Counted from the stretch's first letter, positions 39,444 through 49,310 are shown. The stretch: DNA of 64,000 bases from an uncultured Actinomycetes bacterium (GCA_963835455.1 CAWIFT010000003.1:686061-750060), one strand, 5' to 3'. Notes: generated from the letters alone by a model not told the origin. Made by a program: numbers and translations.

Positions 39444-39644
39444 GTGGCACAAGGCACGGTCAAGTTCTTCAATGCCGAAAAGGGTTACGGCTTCATCTCC
39501 CGCGAGCAAGGTGACGACGTGTTCGTTCACTTCTCCGCAATCCAGGGTGACGGATACAAGACCCTCGACGAGGGCCAGCGCGTCGAGTTCGACGTGGCCC
39601 AGGGCCGCAAGGGTCAAGAGGCGCAGAACGTTCGCGTCATCTGA
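39444..39644 (+). CDS. cspA: cold-shock protein (CspA family)
   Basis: [30 protein letters not shown] carries the RNP1/RNP2 motifs. 66 aa, with a long 5' leader. Confidence 0.95.
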   Translation: MAQGTVKFFNAEKGYGFISREQGDDVFVHFSAIQGDGYKTLDEGQRVEFDVAQGRKGQEAQNVRVI

Positions 39645-39663
39645 CGTCGAATCACTTCGCGGG

Positions 39664-39695
39664 AGCCGCCGGCGCAAAGTGCCGGCGGCTTCTTC
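39664..39695. terminator. intrinsic terminator hairpin shared by convergent cspA and deacetylase genes
   Basis: 10-bp GC stem AGCCGCCGGC / GCCGGCGGCT with loop GCAAAGT, followed by TCTTC. Confidence 0.65.
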
Positions 39696-39719
39696 GCGTC
39701 CCGGGACGGTCGCGAGCGG

Positions 39720-40882
39720 TCAACAGCTCTGGTAGGCGGCCGTGCCGAGGAGCTGGTCGAGCCGCACCGGCGTGAGCCCTTTGGCGCGCAGGCCGTCCAG
39801 GATGATCGGCAGGGCCTGCACGAGAACCGCGCGGTTCGCGGTCGGGATCCCGTCGAGGCCGTCGTGCAGGAGGAGGATCGCACCCGGTTTCGCCCGGGCC
39901 AGGATGCGGCGCGCGACGAGCTGCGCGTTGTCCGTGGCCCAGTCGCCGGCCGACGCACTCCACAGCACCATGTGCATGTCGTGGTCGCGCACGACACGCG
40001 CCAGGAACGGCGTGCGGTCGCCGTGCGGCGGTCGGTAGAGCACCGGACACGTACCGATCGCACGCCGGAACGCGGCCTGCGTGCGTTGGAGTTCCGGGTA
40101 TCGCGGATCGAGCCAACGCCACTGGTCGTGGTTGTACGAATGGTTTCCGAGGAGCTGGCCGTCTTCGTAGAGGGCGCGCGTGATCGCCGGCTGTGCGTCG
40201 ATCGCCTTGCCCACCTCGAAGAACGTGCCCTTCGCGCCGTGCGCATCGAGGATCTCCATGATCTTGCGCGTCGCGCCGATGTTCGGTCCGTCGTCGAACG
40301 TGAGCGCGACGTGGCCGGTGTTCGTCGGCCCGTGCACCGCGCCGCCACCGAACCACGTCGAGTCGGGCGTCTCCGCGCCGATGTACGCGGTGAAGATCAG
40401 CGTGGTCGCGACCAACGCGCTGCCGTACGCGACCGCGCGCGGCGTGTGGGCTTCCCGGTGGGGAGGAACCCGAACACCGTTGCCGCGGTCGCGGCGATCA
40501 CCGCGATCACGACGACCACGAGCAGCGCGGATTGCGGCGCCGCGACGAAGAGGGCAAACACCACGACGACCGCGGCGATCGTGGCGAACAGACCCCGGCC
40601 CCACGACGGCCGGACCGGCCAGATGTCGACGACGGCACCGAATCCGACGCAGAACAAGAACGTGAGGATCGCGGCGGCGGCGACGTCGTCGCGCTGAGGG
40701 AGGAGCCAGGCCGCGATGACTGCCACCGAGCCCCCGAGGGCGGCGAGCGTGCGGTTCCTCGGGAGGAGGTGCGCGGCGACGAGCCCGAGCACGGCGGACG
40801 CGACGAGCACGATGCCGGTCGCCGCGTCGAGGTTCTGCTGGGCCGCGAGCACGAAGCCGAGGGGGATGCAGAAGAACATCAT
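39720..40882 (-). pseudogene. multi-TM N-terminal domain fused to a polysaccharide deacetylase (NodB homology) domain; one frame break
   Basis: The N-terminal membrane part (MMFFCIPLGFVLAA...FGFLPTGKPT) and the C-terminal part (AVAYGSALVATTLIF...VALTFDDGP...HSYNHD...LLLHDG) are in different frames. They join at (CG)4 40434-40441. Confidence 0.7.
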
Positions 40883-40938
40883 CGGCGCACATCATGCCGG
40901 TCCGGACTGGGATCCTCGGGTCGACTTGACTTTGAGAG

Positions 40939-40953
40939 TGAGAACCGTTCTCA
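40939..40953. promoter_or_regulatory. 7-1-7 palindrome TGAGAAC-C-GTTCTCA, Fur-superfamily (Zur-like) box candidate
   Basis: The perfect inverted repeat ends 2 nt before the ATG of the metal-binding lipoprotein gene. A third half-site TGAGAAT follows at 40957-40963. Confidence 0.5.
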
Positions 40954-40955
40954 TT

Positions 40956-41858
40956 ATGAGAATGCGCCCGCCCCGAATCATCCCTCTCGTCGCCCTCCTC
41001 GCCGTGGTCGTCGCGGCCTGCGGTTCCTCGGGCTCGAAGCCCGGCGCGGCTGGGGTGGTGAAGGTCGTGGCGGCTGAGAACTTCTGGGGCAACATCGCCC
41101 AGCAGATCGGGGGCGACCATGTCGACGTCTCGTCGATCATCAGTGATCCGAACACCGACCCGCACCAATACGAGTCGGACGCCCGCGATGCCGCCGCGAT
41201 CGCGGATGCGCAGCTCGTCATCGTGAACGGCGTCGGCTACGACGACTTCGTCAGCAAGCTGCTGTCGAACACGTCGAACAAACACCGGGCCGTGTTGTCC
41301 ATCCAGGAAACGTTGCACGTGACCGGCGCCGACGCGAATCCGCACCTCTGGTACGACCTGCCCCGCATGCCGGAAGCCGCGCACGCGATCGAGTCGGCGT
41401 TGGCCGCCGCCGACCCCAACGATCGCGCAACGTTCGCCGCCAACGCGCAGAGGCTCGTCGCTTCGCTCGCACCGTTGAATCGCACGGTCGGCGAGATCAG
41501 GAGCAAGTACCCAAGCGCGCCGGTTGCATATACGGAACGTGTCGCGGGGTATCTTCTCGACGCGGCCGGGCTGAAAGTCGAGACGCCGACCGGGTTCGCC
41601 CAGGCGATCGAGGACGGCAACGAGCCCAGCGCGGGTGACACGCAGGCGATGAACGATCTGATCACGCAGCACCGGATCCAGGCGCTGCTCTACAACGCGC
41701 AGGCGACGAGCGCCGTTACGCAACACGTGCAGGATCTCGCGCGCGAGAACGGGATTCCCGTCGTGCCGGTGACCGAGACGATGCCCAAGAACGAGGCGAG
41801 CTATCAGGCCTGGCAGCAGCACCAACTCGAGGCGTTGTTGACTGCGCTCGGAGGCTGA
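40956..41858 (+). CDS. metal ABC transporter substrate-binding lipoprotein (ZnuA/TroA cluster 9 family)
   Basis: Lipobox LLAVVVAACGS. Also AENFWGNIAQQIGGDHVDVSSIISDPNTDPHQYE and NPHLWYD. Confidence 0.8.
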   Translation: MRMRPPRIIPLVALLAVVVAACGSSGSKPGAAGVVKVVAAENFWGNIAQQIGGDHVDVSSIISDPNTDPHQYESDARDAAAIADAQLVIVNGVGYDDFVSKLLSNTSNKHRAVLSIQETLHVTGADANPHLWYDLPRMPEAAHAIESALAAADPNDRATFAANAQRLVASLAPLNRTVGEIRSKYPSAPVAYTERVAGYLLDAAGLKVETPTGFAQAIEDGNEPSAGDTQAMNDLITQHRIQALLYNAQATSAVTQHVQDLARENGIPVVPVTETMPKNEASYQAWQQHQLEALLTALGG

Positions 41859-41860
41859 CG

Positions 41861-42688
41861 GTGGCCGTAGTGGAGCTGCGCGACGCGTCGATGCGGTTCG
41901 GCCCGCGCACCTTGTTCGAGCGCCTCGATCTCGAGCTCGAGGCGGGCGAATTCCTCGCGGTCCTCGGTCCGAACGGTGCGGGAAAGACCACGCTGTTGCG
42001 CATCCTGCTCGGTCTCACGCGGCTCTCGAGCGGCGCGGTGGAGATCGACGGTCGACCGCCGAGACGGGGGAGCCACAACGTCGGCTACGTCCCGCAGCAG
42101 CACGCGTTCGATCGCGATTTGCCGATCCGCGGGCGTGATCTCGTCCGGTTCGGGCTCGACGGTCATCGCCGCGGGCTCCCGTTCGGCAGCACCGCGAGTC
42201 GAGCGCGCGTCGACGCCGCGCTCCGGTCGGTCGGCGCCGAGGGTTACGCGGATGCTCCGATCGGGCTGCTCTCCGGAGGCGAGCAGCAACGATTGCGCAT
42301 CGCGCAGGCGTTGATCAGTGAGCCGAAGGTTCTGTTGTGCGACGAGCCGTTGCTGTCGCTGGATCTCTCGCACCAGCAAGAAGTCAGTGAGTTGATCGAC
42401 ACGCGGCGCGCGGACACCGGGTGCGCCGTGGTGTTCGTGACGCACGAGATCAACCCGATCCTTCCGTACGTCGACCGCGTGCTCTATCTCGCGGGCGGCA
42501 AGTGTGCGGTCGGTGCGCCCGACGAAGTCCTTACGAGCGAAGGGTTGAGTGCGCTCTACGGCACCGAGATCGACGTGGTGAACGTGCGCGGGCGCATCAT
42601 CGTCGTCGGTTCCGACGACGCCGCGCCCACCGAACCGGGTGGCCATCACCATCATCACGACGATCATCACGGGACCGGTTCGCATTGA
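41861..42688 (+). CDS. metal ABC transporter ATP-binding protein with His-rich C-terminal tail
   Basis: Walker A GPNGAGKTT, signature LSGGEQQR, Walker B LLCDEP. The tail is EPGGHHHHHDDHHGTGSH. Confidence 0.85.
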   Translation: MAVVELRDASMRFGPRTLFERLDLELEAGEFLAVLGPNGAGKTTLLRILLGLTRLSSGAVEIDGRPPRRGSHNVGYVPQQHAFDRDLPIRGRDLVRFGLDGHRRGLPFGSTASRARVDAALRSVGAEGYADAPIGLLSGGEQQRLRIAQALISEPKVLLCDEPLLSLDLSHQQEVSELIDTRRADTGCAVVFVTHEINPILPYVDRVLYLAGGKCAVGAPDEVLTSEGLSALYGTEIDVVNVRGRIIVVGSDDAAPTEPGGHHHHHDDHHGTGSH

Positions 42689-43554
42689 CGGCGACGGTGC
42701 TCTACCTGAACCAACCCTTCGCGCAACACGCATTGATCGCGGGCGCGCTCGTCGCGATCTCCTGCGGTCTGATCGGGCCATTCGTGGTGACGCGCGGGAT
42801 GGCGTTCGCGGTGCACGGCACGAGTGAGCTCGCGTTCACCGGCGCGGCCGCGGGCCTCCTGATCAACGGCAACCCGATCGGTGGTGCGCTGGTGGGCGCA
42901 CTCATCGTCGCGATCGTCATCGGCGCGCTCGGTGGGCGAGAACGTGAACGCGACTCCGCAATCGGGGTGATCCTCGCGTTCGGTCTCGGTATCGGCGTGC
43001 TGCTGCTGGGCTACTACCACGGTTTCGCGACGGCCGCGACGAACATCCTGTTCGGCAACATCTTCGGCGTGAGCAACGACCAACTCGGCGCGCTGGTCGC
43101 GATCGGCGTCGGCGTCATGATCGTGATGACCGTGGTGTTCCGGCCGCTGTTGTTCGCATCCGTCGACGCCGACGTCGCGACCGCGCGCGGCGTTCCCGTC
43201 CGCCGCCTCGGGTTCATCTTCCTGATCGTCCTCGCGCTGACCGTCACGGCCGCGGCGCAGGTCGTCGGCACGCTACTGGTGCTCAGTCTCGCCATCACGC
43301 CCGCAGCGGCGGCGCAGCGCTGGTCGCCGAACCCCATCACTGTCACCGTTCTGTCGATCGGGTTCGCGCTCGTCGCGGCCGACGGCGGGATTCTCGCCAG
43401 CCTGGGAAGCACGACGATCAAGCCGAGTGTCTTCGTGACGTCGATCAGCTTCGCGATTTACATCCTGTCGCGAATCGTCGGCCCGCGCTTCGCCCGTCGG
43501 GGCCGGCGGGCGATTCCCGATGCGCCGATTACCGATATGGTCACGACTGCTTGA
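42685..43554 (+). CDS. metal ABC transporter permease (ZnuB/TroCD family)
   Basis: Polytopic membrane protein: LIAGALVAISCGLIGPFVV, ...GNIFGVS..., etc. TTG 42685 overlaps the ATPase stop (TTGA). Confidence 0.8.
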   Translation: MTATVLYLNQPFAQHALIAGALVAISCGLIGPFVVTRGMAFAVHGTSELAFTGAAAGLLINGNPIGGALVGALIVAIVIGALGGRERERDSAIGVILAFGLGIGVLLLGYYHGFATAATNILFGNIFGVSNDQLGALVAIGVGVMIVMTVVFRPLLFASVDADVATARGVPVRRLGFIFLIVLALTVTAAAQVVGTLLVLSLAITPAAAAQRWSPNPITVTVLSIGFALVAADGGILASLGSTTIKPSVFVTSISFAIYILSRIVGPRFARRGRRAIPDAPITDMVTTA

Positions 43555-44633
43555 GCAACGACGAAGAACGCATCGCACTGTTCCTCGACTACGAGAACCT
43601 CGCGATCGGTGCGCAGGAACAACTGCATCTGGCCCAGTTCGACTTCCGACCGGTCGCGGACGCGCTCGCGGAACGTGGCCGGGTCGTGGTGCGGCGTGCG
43701 TACGCGGACTGGTCGCGGTTCGACGAGGACCGGCGCATGTTGACCCGTCATCACGTCGAGCTCATCGAGATCCCGCAGCGGATGGGGTCGGTGCGCAAGA
43801 ACGCGGCCGACATCAAGATGGCCGTCGACGCGATCGAGCTGTGCTTCGAGCGCGACTACATCACCACCTTCGTGCTCGGTACGGGCGACAGTGATTTCAC
43901 GCCCTTGGTGCACAAGCTGCGCGAGCTCAACCGGCGCGTGATCGGGATCGGGGTCGAGGCGTCGACGTCGGCGCTCCTCCCGCCCGCGTGCGACGAGTTC
44001 CTGTTCTACGAACGGCTGGAGGGTGTGGAGCCCGTCGAGGCGCGGCGCGCGCCCAGTCGGTCCACCCGCACCCGGCGCACTCCGGCGGTCGAGAAGGAGC
44101 CGGTGGTCGAAGAGGAGCATCCGACGGCGCGCGCCGAGGAAGCCGATCTCGGCGTCCTCGTCACGCAGACGCTGTCCGGCCTCTCGCGCAGCGCCGGCGG
44201 TGCCGTGCTCGCGTCGATGTTGAAGCGGGCGATCCTCCGCAAGGACCCGACGTTCAGTGAGACGACGTACGGGTTCCGGGGCTTCTCGGAACTCCTGCGC
44301 CATCTCGAGGAGCGCGGGCTCGTGGCACTGACCCCCGGGCCCGGCCAGGGCGATCCCGAGGTGAGCTTTCCGGCCGAAGTCGGCGACGAGCAGGCCGCGT
44401 TCGCGTTGTTGCGCAAGGTCGTCGATCAGCTCACGGCGAAGTCCGGGCCACCGCACTTGTCGGGCCTGAAGACGCAGTTGCGCAAGGTCGAGCCGGATTT
44501 CAGCGAGAAGAAGTTCGGGTACGGCGGGTTCCTGCAGTTCTGCAAGGCGGCCCGGGCCCGCGACCTGATCGAGATGGACTGGGACGACGCCGCGGACGAT
44601 TACATCGTCCGGCCCGGCTCGACCGAGATCTAG
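43551..44633 (+). CDS. NYN (LabA/DUF88) domain protein with two OST-HTH/LOTUS domains
   Basis: N-terminus IALFLDYENLAI...RRAYADW...KNAADIKMAVDAIE...FVLGTGDSDFTPLV. C-terminus has two ...F.E..YGF.GF..L... segments. The TTG start overlaps the permease stop. Confidence 0.75.
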   Translation: MSNDEERIALFLDYENLAIGAQEQLHLAQFDFRPVADALAERGRVVVRRAYADWSRFDEDRRMLTRHHVELIEIPQRMGSVRKNAADIKMAVDAIELCFERDYITTFVLGTGDSDFTPLVHKLRELNRRVIGIGVEASTSALLPPACDEFLFYERLEGVEPVEARRAPSRSTRTRRTPAVEKEPVVEEEHPTARAEEADLGVLVTQTLSGLSRSAGGAVLASMLKRAILRKDPTFSETTYGFRGFSELLRHLEERGLVALTPGPGQGDPEVSFPAEVGDEQAAFALLRKVVDQLTAKSGPPHLSGLKTQLRKVEPDFSEKKFGYGGFLQFCKAARARDLIEMDWDDAADDYIVRPGSTEI

Positions 44634-44638
44634 CTGTA

Positions 44639-44657
44639 GACCACCGCGGCGGTGGTC
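44639..44657. terminator. GC hairpin GACCACCGC-G-GCGGTGGTC just after the NYN-LOTUS stop
   Basis: Perfect 9-bp arms read directly from the sequence. No clear U-tract. Confidence 0.3.
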
Positions 44658-44894
44658 AGACGGGCGTCAGCCCTTGCCGCCCCGGGCGGGACCACTCTTG
44701 CGGGGGTGCTCGTCTTCGCCCGCCCGCTCGCGGGCCCGCTGGCGGGCGGCCGCGGCTTCGGCCTCGGTCGGAGGCTTCGGTTGCGCTGCGGCGGTACGCG
44801 CCGGCTTGCGGGTAGCTGCCATTCCGGAAACATAGAGGGCCCGGACGCTCCGGAGCGAAACCCTCCCGAGATTTCGCAGGTCGGGACGGGTCCG

Positions 44895-45146
44895 ACGGCG
44901 AGCGACCCAGAGGCGGGAGCGGCAGCGGAGCCGACCGGAGGGGAGCGGCAGCGGAGCCGACCGGAGGGAGGTGCAGCGCGAGCGACCCATAGGCAGGGAG
45001 GCGGGAGCGGCAGCGGAGCCGACCGGAGGGAGGTGCAGCGCGAGCGACCCATAGGCAGGGAGGCGGGAGCGGCAGCGGAGCCGACCGGAGGGAGGTGCAG
45101 CGCGAGCGACCCATTGGCAGGGAGGCGCAGCGTCAGCGACCCATGG
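44895..45146. repeat. tandem repeat, about four 62-bp units of the same family as 15711-15895 (opposite orientation)
   Basis: AGCGACCC recurs at 44981, 45043 and 45105, giving a period of 62. The first unit carries an internal 26-bp duplication (GGGAGCGGCAGCGGAGCCGACCGGAG x2). The array ends one nucleotide before the MFS stop codon at 45147. Confidence 0.9.
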
Positions 45147-46838
45147 TTACGCGGAGCGCTCTTCTTGGTCGCGTTCGAGCTGGCGATGGCGTTCGAGGTC
45201 CCGGGCGAGGTCACGGTTCTCGTCGCTCTGGACGTCGGCGAAGACGGGGGGCACGCCGCCGAGACCCATCGCCGCGACCTCTTCGAGCGCTTCGGTCGTG
45301 CCGTGCAGAGCCCCGGACTGCGTCAGCGAGTGGGGCAGCTTCCGGAACACGATGACGGCGCTGATGAGGGCGAGCACGCCGCCGATGACCACCGCGAGGT
45401 GGATGCCGCTGACGAAGGCTTCCTGCGCGGCGGATGTGAGGGCGTTGCCCGCGGCGGTGGGCAGCGTGCTCGCAACGTGGAGTGCGCCGGCAATCGAGGC
45501 GCTCGCGCTCTCCTGGTTGGCCGGGCTCAGTCCGTGCAGTGCCGGTCCCACCGAAGTTGCGTAACGCGACGCGGCGATGCTGCCCAGGACCGCGATCCCG
45601 AGGGCGGCACCCAGCTCACGCGTTGCGTCGTTCATCGCGGATCCCGCGCCGGCGCGGCGCGGTGGGACAGCGGACATGATCGATGCCGTCATCGGCGACA
45701 TCGACAGCGCGATGCCCGTCGTGAGCGGGATGACGCACAACACCACGTACGCGTAGTTGGTGTCGACCGCCAGGCCGGTGAACAGGAACAGTCCGGTGGC
45801 GATCGCAAGCATGCCGAATGCGACGACGCGGTGCGCGCCGAATCTCACGCTCAGCTTCGGCGTCAACGGTGCGACGACGAGCATGATCAACGCGATCGGC
45901 ATCAATCGCAACGCGGCCGACAACGCGCTGTACCCGAGCACGAGCTGGAAGTACTGCGTAATGAGGAACATGACGCCGTACATCGCGACGAACACGAGAA
46001 TCATCCCGCCCGTACCGGTACTGAAGGCCGGCCGGCGGAAGTAGCGCATGTCGAGCATCGGCTCGGGCGTGTGGAGCTCCCAGGCGACGAAGATTGCGAG
46101 CACGACGATCGCGACCGTGAACGCGGCGATGGTCTCGGGGCTCAACCAGCCTTTGTCCGGTGCCTCGATGAGCCCGTACACCAACGAGACGATGCCGACG
46201 AACGACAGCACCGCGCCCATGGGATCGAACCTTGACTCCTCCGGGTCGCGCGACTTGGGCACGAGGAACTTCCCCGCGATCAGCGCAATGATGATGATCG
46301 GGACGTTGACGAGGAACACCGAACCGAACCAGAAGTGGCCGAGTAGGAAGCCGCTCGCGACCGGACCGAGCGCGCCGGCCGCGCCGGTGACGCTCGCCCA
46401 GATCGCGATCGCCTTCGGACGTTCGTGGCCCGGGAAGACGTTGATGATGATCGACAGTGTCGACGGCATGATCAGCGCGGCGGCGATGCCCATGATGGCG
46501 CGGCACGCGATCAGCTGACCCATGCCCGTCGCTTCCGATGCGAGCGCAGCGCCGACCAGGAAGAGCACGAGCCCGAGCTGCAGCACACCTTTGCGCCCGA
46601 AGCGGTCGCCGAGTGCGCCCGTCGAGAACAACAGGCCGGCGAACACCAGCGAGTAGATCGCGACGACCCACTGGAGCTGCGACTCGGTCGCGTGCAGGTC
46701 GCGGGAGAGCGTGGGGATCGCGACGTTCAGGCTGGAGTTGCCGACGAAGACGATGAGGAGACTCAGGCACAGGACCGCGAGCGTCCACCAACGGCGATCG
46801 AACGCGAGATCGGCCGGGCTCTTGGTCGGGGTATCCAT
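45147..46838 (-). CDS. MFS transporter, DHA2 (14-TMS, EmrB/QacA-like) family
   Basis: NVAIPTLSRDLHATESQLQWVVAIYSLVFAGLLFSTGALGDRFGRKG, 14 predicted helices and an acidic C-terminal tail. Confidence 0.85.
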   Translation of the reverse strand: MDTPTKSPADLAFDRRWWTLAVLCLSLLIVFVGNSSLNVAIPTLSRDLHATESQLQWVVAIYSLVFAGLLFSTGALGDRFGRKGVLQLGLVLFLVGAALASEATGMGQLIACRAIMGIAAALIMPSTLSIIINVFPGHERPKAIAIWASVTGAAGALGPVASGFLLGHFWFGSVFLVNVPIIIIALIAGKFLVPKSRDPEESRFDPMGAVLSFVGIVSLVYGLIEAPDKGWLSPETIAAFTVAIVVLAIFVAWELHTPEPMLDMRYFRRPAFSTGTGGMILVFVAMYGVMFLITQYFQLVLGYSALSAALRLMPIALIMLVVAPLTPKLSVRFGAHRVVAFGMLAIATGLFLFTGLAVDTNYAYVVLCVIPLTTGIALSMSPMTASIMSAVPPRRAGAGSAMNDATRELGAALGIAVLGSIAASRYATSVGPALHGLSPANQESASASIAGALHVASTLPTAAGNALTSAAQEAFVSGIHLAVVIGGVLALISAVIVFRKLPHSLTQSGALHGTTEALEEVAAMGLGGVPPVFADVQSDENRDLARDLERHRQLERDQEERSA

Positions 46839-46924
46839 GACTCTCCGGGGGACTGCAGATCGGCGGGCGGACCGGCAATCCAGAAGTGGAAGGCCGGTTC
46901 CGGATCCCCACTATAATCGGAATC

Positions 46925-47608
46925 ATGGTTCCGCTTGAAACGCAGGCCCCCAAGACCCAGGAATCACCTGCTCCGCCCACGGACGGGCCCCGGCGCGCCG
47001 ACGCCCGCCGCAACCGGGAGCGGGTATTGGCCGCGGCCGAGTCGGTGTTCGCGGAATCGGGACTGAAGGCGCCCGTCGAGGAGGTCGCCCGCCGCGCCGG
47101 CGTGGGTGTGGGCACGGTGTGCCGCAACTTCCCGACCAAGCAGGCGCTGGTCGAGGCGGTCGTCGGCGCGATGTACGAGACGTTGCTCGTCGACGCCGAA
47201 GCCGCGCTCGCGGATCCGGATCCGGCGCACGCGTTCGAGCAGTTCGTCATGGCGCTGCCCGCGTTCCAGGCCCGTCATCGCGCGCTGGCCGATCAGATGG
47301 CCAGCGAGAACACGCTCCCGACGGCCGACGGCCCACGCGAGAAGTTGTTGCGCGCCGTGTCCGAGCTCGTCACCCGCGCGCAGGCCGCGGGCGCGATCCG
47401 TTCCGACATCGGCCCGGGTGACGTTTCGATGTTGTTCTCCGGCGTCGCGCACGCGACCGCGGTCGCCGGCGATCTCCAACCCGTGCTGCGCGAGCGGTAC
47501 GTGCGGATCATCCTCGACGGTCTGCGGGCGCACGACCCCACCGAGCTCCCCGGCCGGCCCCTCGACTTCGCGCAGGTCCGTCGTATGAAGCAACGCCGCG
47601 CGCAGTGA
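46925..47608 (+). CDS. TetR/AcrR family transcriptional regulator
   Basis: RRNRERVLAAAESVFAESGLKAPVEEVARRAGVGVGTVCRNFPTKQALV. Divergent from one MFS gene and coupled (GTGA) to the next. Confidence 0.85.
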   Translation: MVPLETQAPKTQESPAPPTDGPRRADARRNRERVLAAAESVFAESGLKAPVEEVARRAGVGVGTVCRNFPTKQALVEAVVGAMYETLLVDAEAALADPDPAHAFEQFVMALPAFQARHRALADQMASENTLPTADGPREKLLRAVSELVTRAQAAGAIRSDIGPGDVSMLFSGVAHATAVAGDLQPVLRERYVRIILDGLRAHDPTELPGRPLDFAQVRRMKQRRAQ

Positions 47609-49296
47609 TCGTCGACGAAGCGCCGGTAGCCCAACCCGAACCATCGGAACCACTCGATCCGCGGCGCTGGGTGGCGCTGTTCGTCGTGTTGTTGGCGGCG
47701 TTCATCGTCGTGCTCGACAACACGGTGCTCAACGTCGCGATTCCGACGATCCGGGCCGACTTCCACACGACGCTGCCGTCGTTGTTGTGGGTCGTCACCG
47801 GCTACGCGCTCACGTTCGCGACGCTTTTGATCATCGGCGGGCGGCTCGGTGACATCTACGGCCACCGGCGGATCTTCATCATCGGCGCCGCGCTGTTCGG
47901 TGTCGGTTCGTTCGTCGCGTCGGTGTCGACGTCGGTCGCGCAGCTCGTCCTCGGCGAAGCGATCATCGAAGGCATCGGCGCGTCGCTGATGTTGCCGTCG
48001 ACGCTCGCAATCCTGTCGACCACGTTTCGCGGCCGCGAGCGCGGGACCGCGTTCGCGGCGTGGGGCGCGACCGCGGGGGTGGCGGCGGCGTTCGGACCCG
48101 TCGTCGGTGGCTTCTTGACGTCGAACTACTCGTGGCGGTGGGCGTTCCGCATCAACGTGATCGTTGCGCCGATCGCGATCATCGGCGCGTTGGTCTTCAT
48201 GGCGAAAGGAAAGCGCGCCGAGAAGCGCATTCCGCTCGACGCCGTCGGCGCCGCGCTCATCGCGGCCGGAATGTTCGGTCTGGTGTTCGCGCTCAGCGAG
48301 GGCAGCACGTACGGCTGGTGGAAGCCGTTGAAGGACTTCTCGGTGTTCGGGCACGTCGTGTGGCCGGTGACGAAGCCGATCTCGATCATGCCGATCGTGC
48401 TCGCGGTCTCGATCGGGATCCTCGTGCTCTTCTACTTCGTCGAGCGCGCCAAGGAACGACGCGACGCGCACCCGCTGTTCCCGTTCGCGCACCTGAAGAT
48501 CAAGACGTACCGCTACGGACTCCTCACCGGTCTCGTGCTCGCGATGGGGCAGTTCGGGTTGAGCTTCGTGCTCCCCGTGTTCCTGCAGAGTGCCCGGCTC
48601 CTGTCGCCGGCCCAGAACGGCTGGTGGCAGTTCCCCACGGGCGTGTTCATCATTCTGGGCGCGCAGGCCGGTGGACGGCTGATCCGCGCGGTCGGGACGA
48701 CGGTGGTCGTCCGGCTCGGGCTGTTCTCGTACGTCCTCGGGCTCTTGTTGATCCTGCACGCGGTGTCGATCTTCATCACGCCGTGGGAGCTGCTACCGGG
48801 TCTCGCGTTCTACGGCATCGGTATCGGTTTCGCGGGCGCGCAGATCACGAACGTCGTGATGTCGGAGGTGCCCGCGGAAAGCTCGGGTGTCGCGAGCGGC
48901 GCGAACACCACCGTGCGCCAGGTGGGCGCCGCGCTCGGTGTTGCGATGATCGGATCGCTCCTGAGCGCGCAGATCCTGAGCCACGCGGTGACGAAGATCC
49001 ACGGCGCCGCGCTCCCGATCGCGGTGAAGACGCAAGCACTCGCCGGCGTGCACGCGCAGGGCGCGTTCTACCGGCCGCCCGGGTCGACGAGCCCGCACGA
49101 CGCGTCGATCCTCGAGCTCGCGTTGCGGACGAGCGTCGCGAGCGGGACGCGCGTCGCACTGCTATTCGCGGTCATCGTCGTCTCGGTCGGCACTGCCCTG
49201 TCGTTCCTCATCCCGCGCGTCGCCGCGCCGAAGCGCAGTGTCGACGAACTCGAACCCCTCGAGCCCCTCGACGTCGACCCCGCCCTCCTCGCCTAA
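47605..49296 (+). CDS. MFS transporter, DHA2 family (second copy)
   Basis: NVAIPTIRADFHTTLPSLLWVVTGYALTFATLLIIGGRLGDIYGHRR. 563 aa. Confidence 0.85.
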   Translation: MIVDEAPVAQPEPSEPLDPRRWVALFVVLLAAFIVVLDNTVLNVAIPTIRADFHTTLPSLLWVVTGYALTFATLLIIGGRLGDIYGHRRIFIIGAALFGVGSFVASVSTSVAQLVLGEAIIEGIGASLMLPSTLAILSTTFRGRERGTAFAAWGATAGVAAAFGPVVGGFLTSNYSWRWAFRINVIVAPIAIIGALVFMAKGKRAEKRIPLDAVGAALIAAGMFGLVFALSEGSTYGWWKPLKDFSVFGHVVWPVTKPISIMPIVLAVSIGILVLFYFVERAKERRDAHPLFPFAHLKIKTYRYGLLTGLVLAMGQFGLSFVLPVFLQSARLLSPAQNGWWQFPTGVFIILGAQAGGRLIRAVGTTVVVRLGLFSYVLGLLLILHAVSIFITPWELLPGLAFYGIGIGFAGAQITNVVMSEVPAESSGVASGANTTVRQVGAALGVAMIGSLLSAQILSHAVTKIHGAALPIAVKTQALAGVHAQGAFYRPPGSTSPHDASILELALRTSVASGTRVALLFAVIVVSVGTALSFLIPRVAAPKRSVDELEPLEPLDVDPALLA

Positions 49297-49310
49297 CCCG
49301 CAGAACGCTC

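Noticed and set aside
44667-44822. Possible 51-aa basic protein MAATRKPARTAAAQPKPPTEAEAAAARQRARERAGEDEHPRKSGPARGGKG between the NYN-LOTUS gene and the repeat array.
   Set aside because: It has only a weak ribosome-binding context, low-complexity composition and no family I can name. The evidence is insufficient to call a gene.
46839-46924. Operator search in the divergent MFS / TetR intergenic region.
   Set aside because: I found only imperfect dyads (GGACCGGC ... GGCCGGTTCC). Nothing is comparable to the clean palindrome at 38036-38054.
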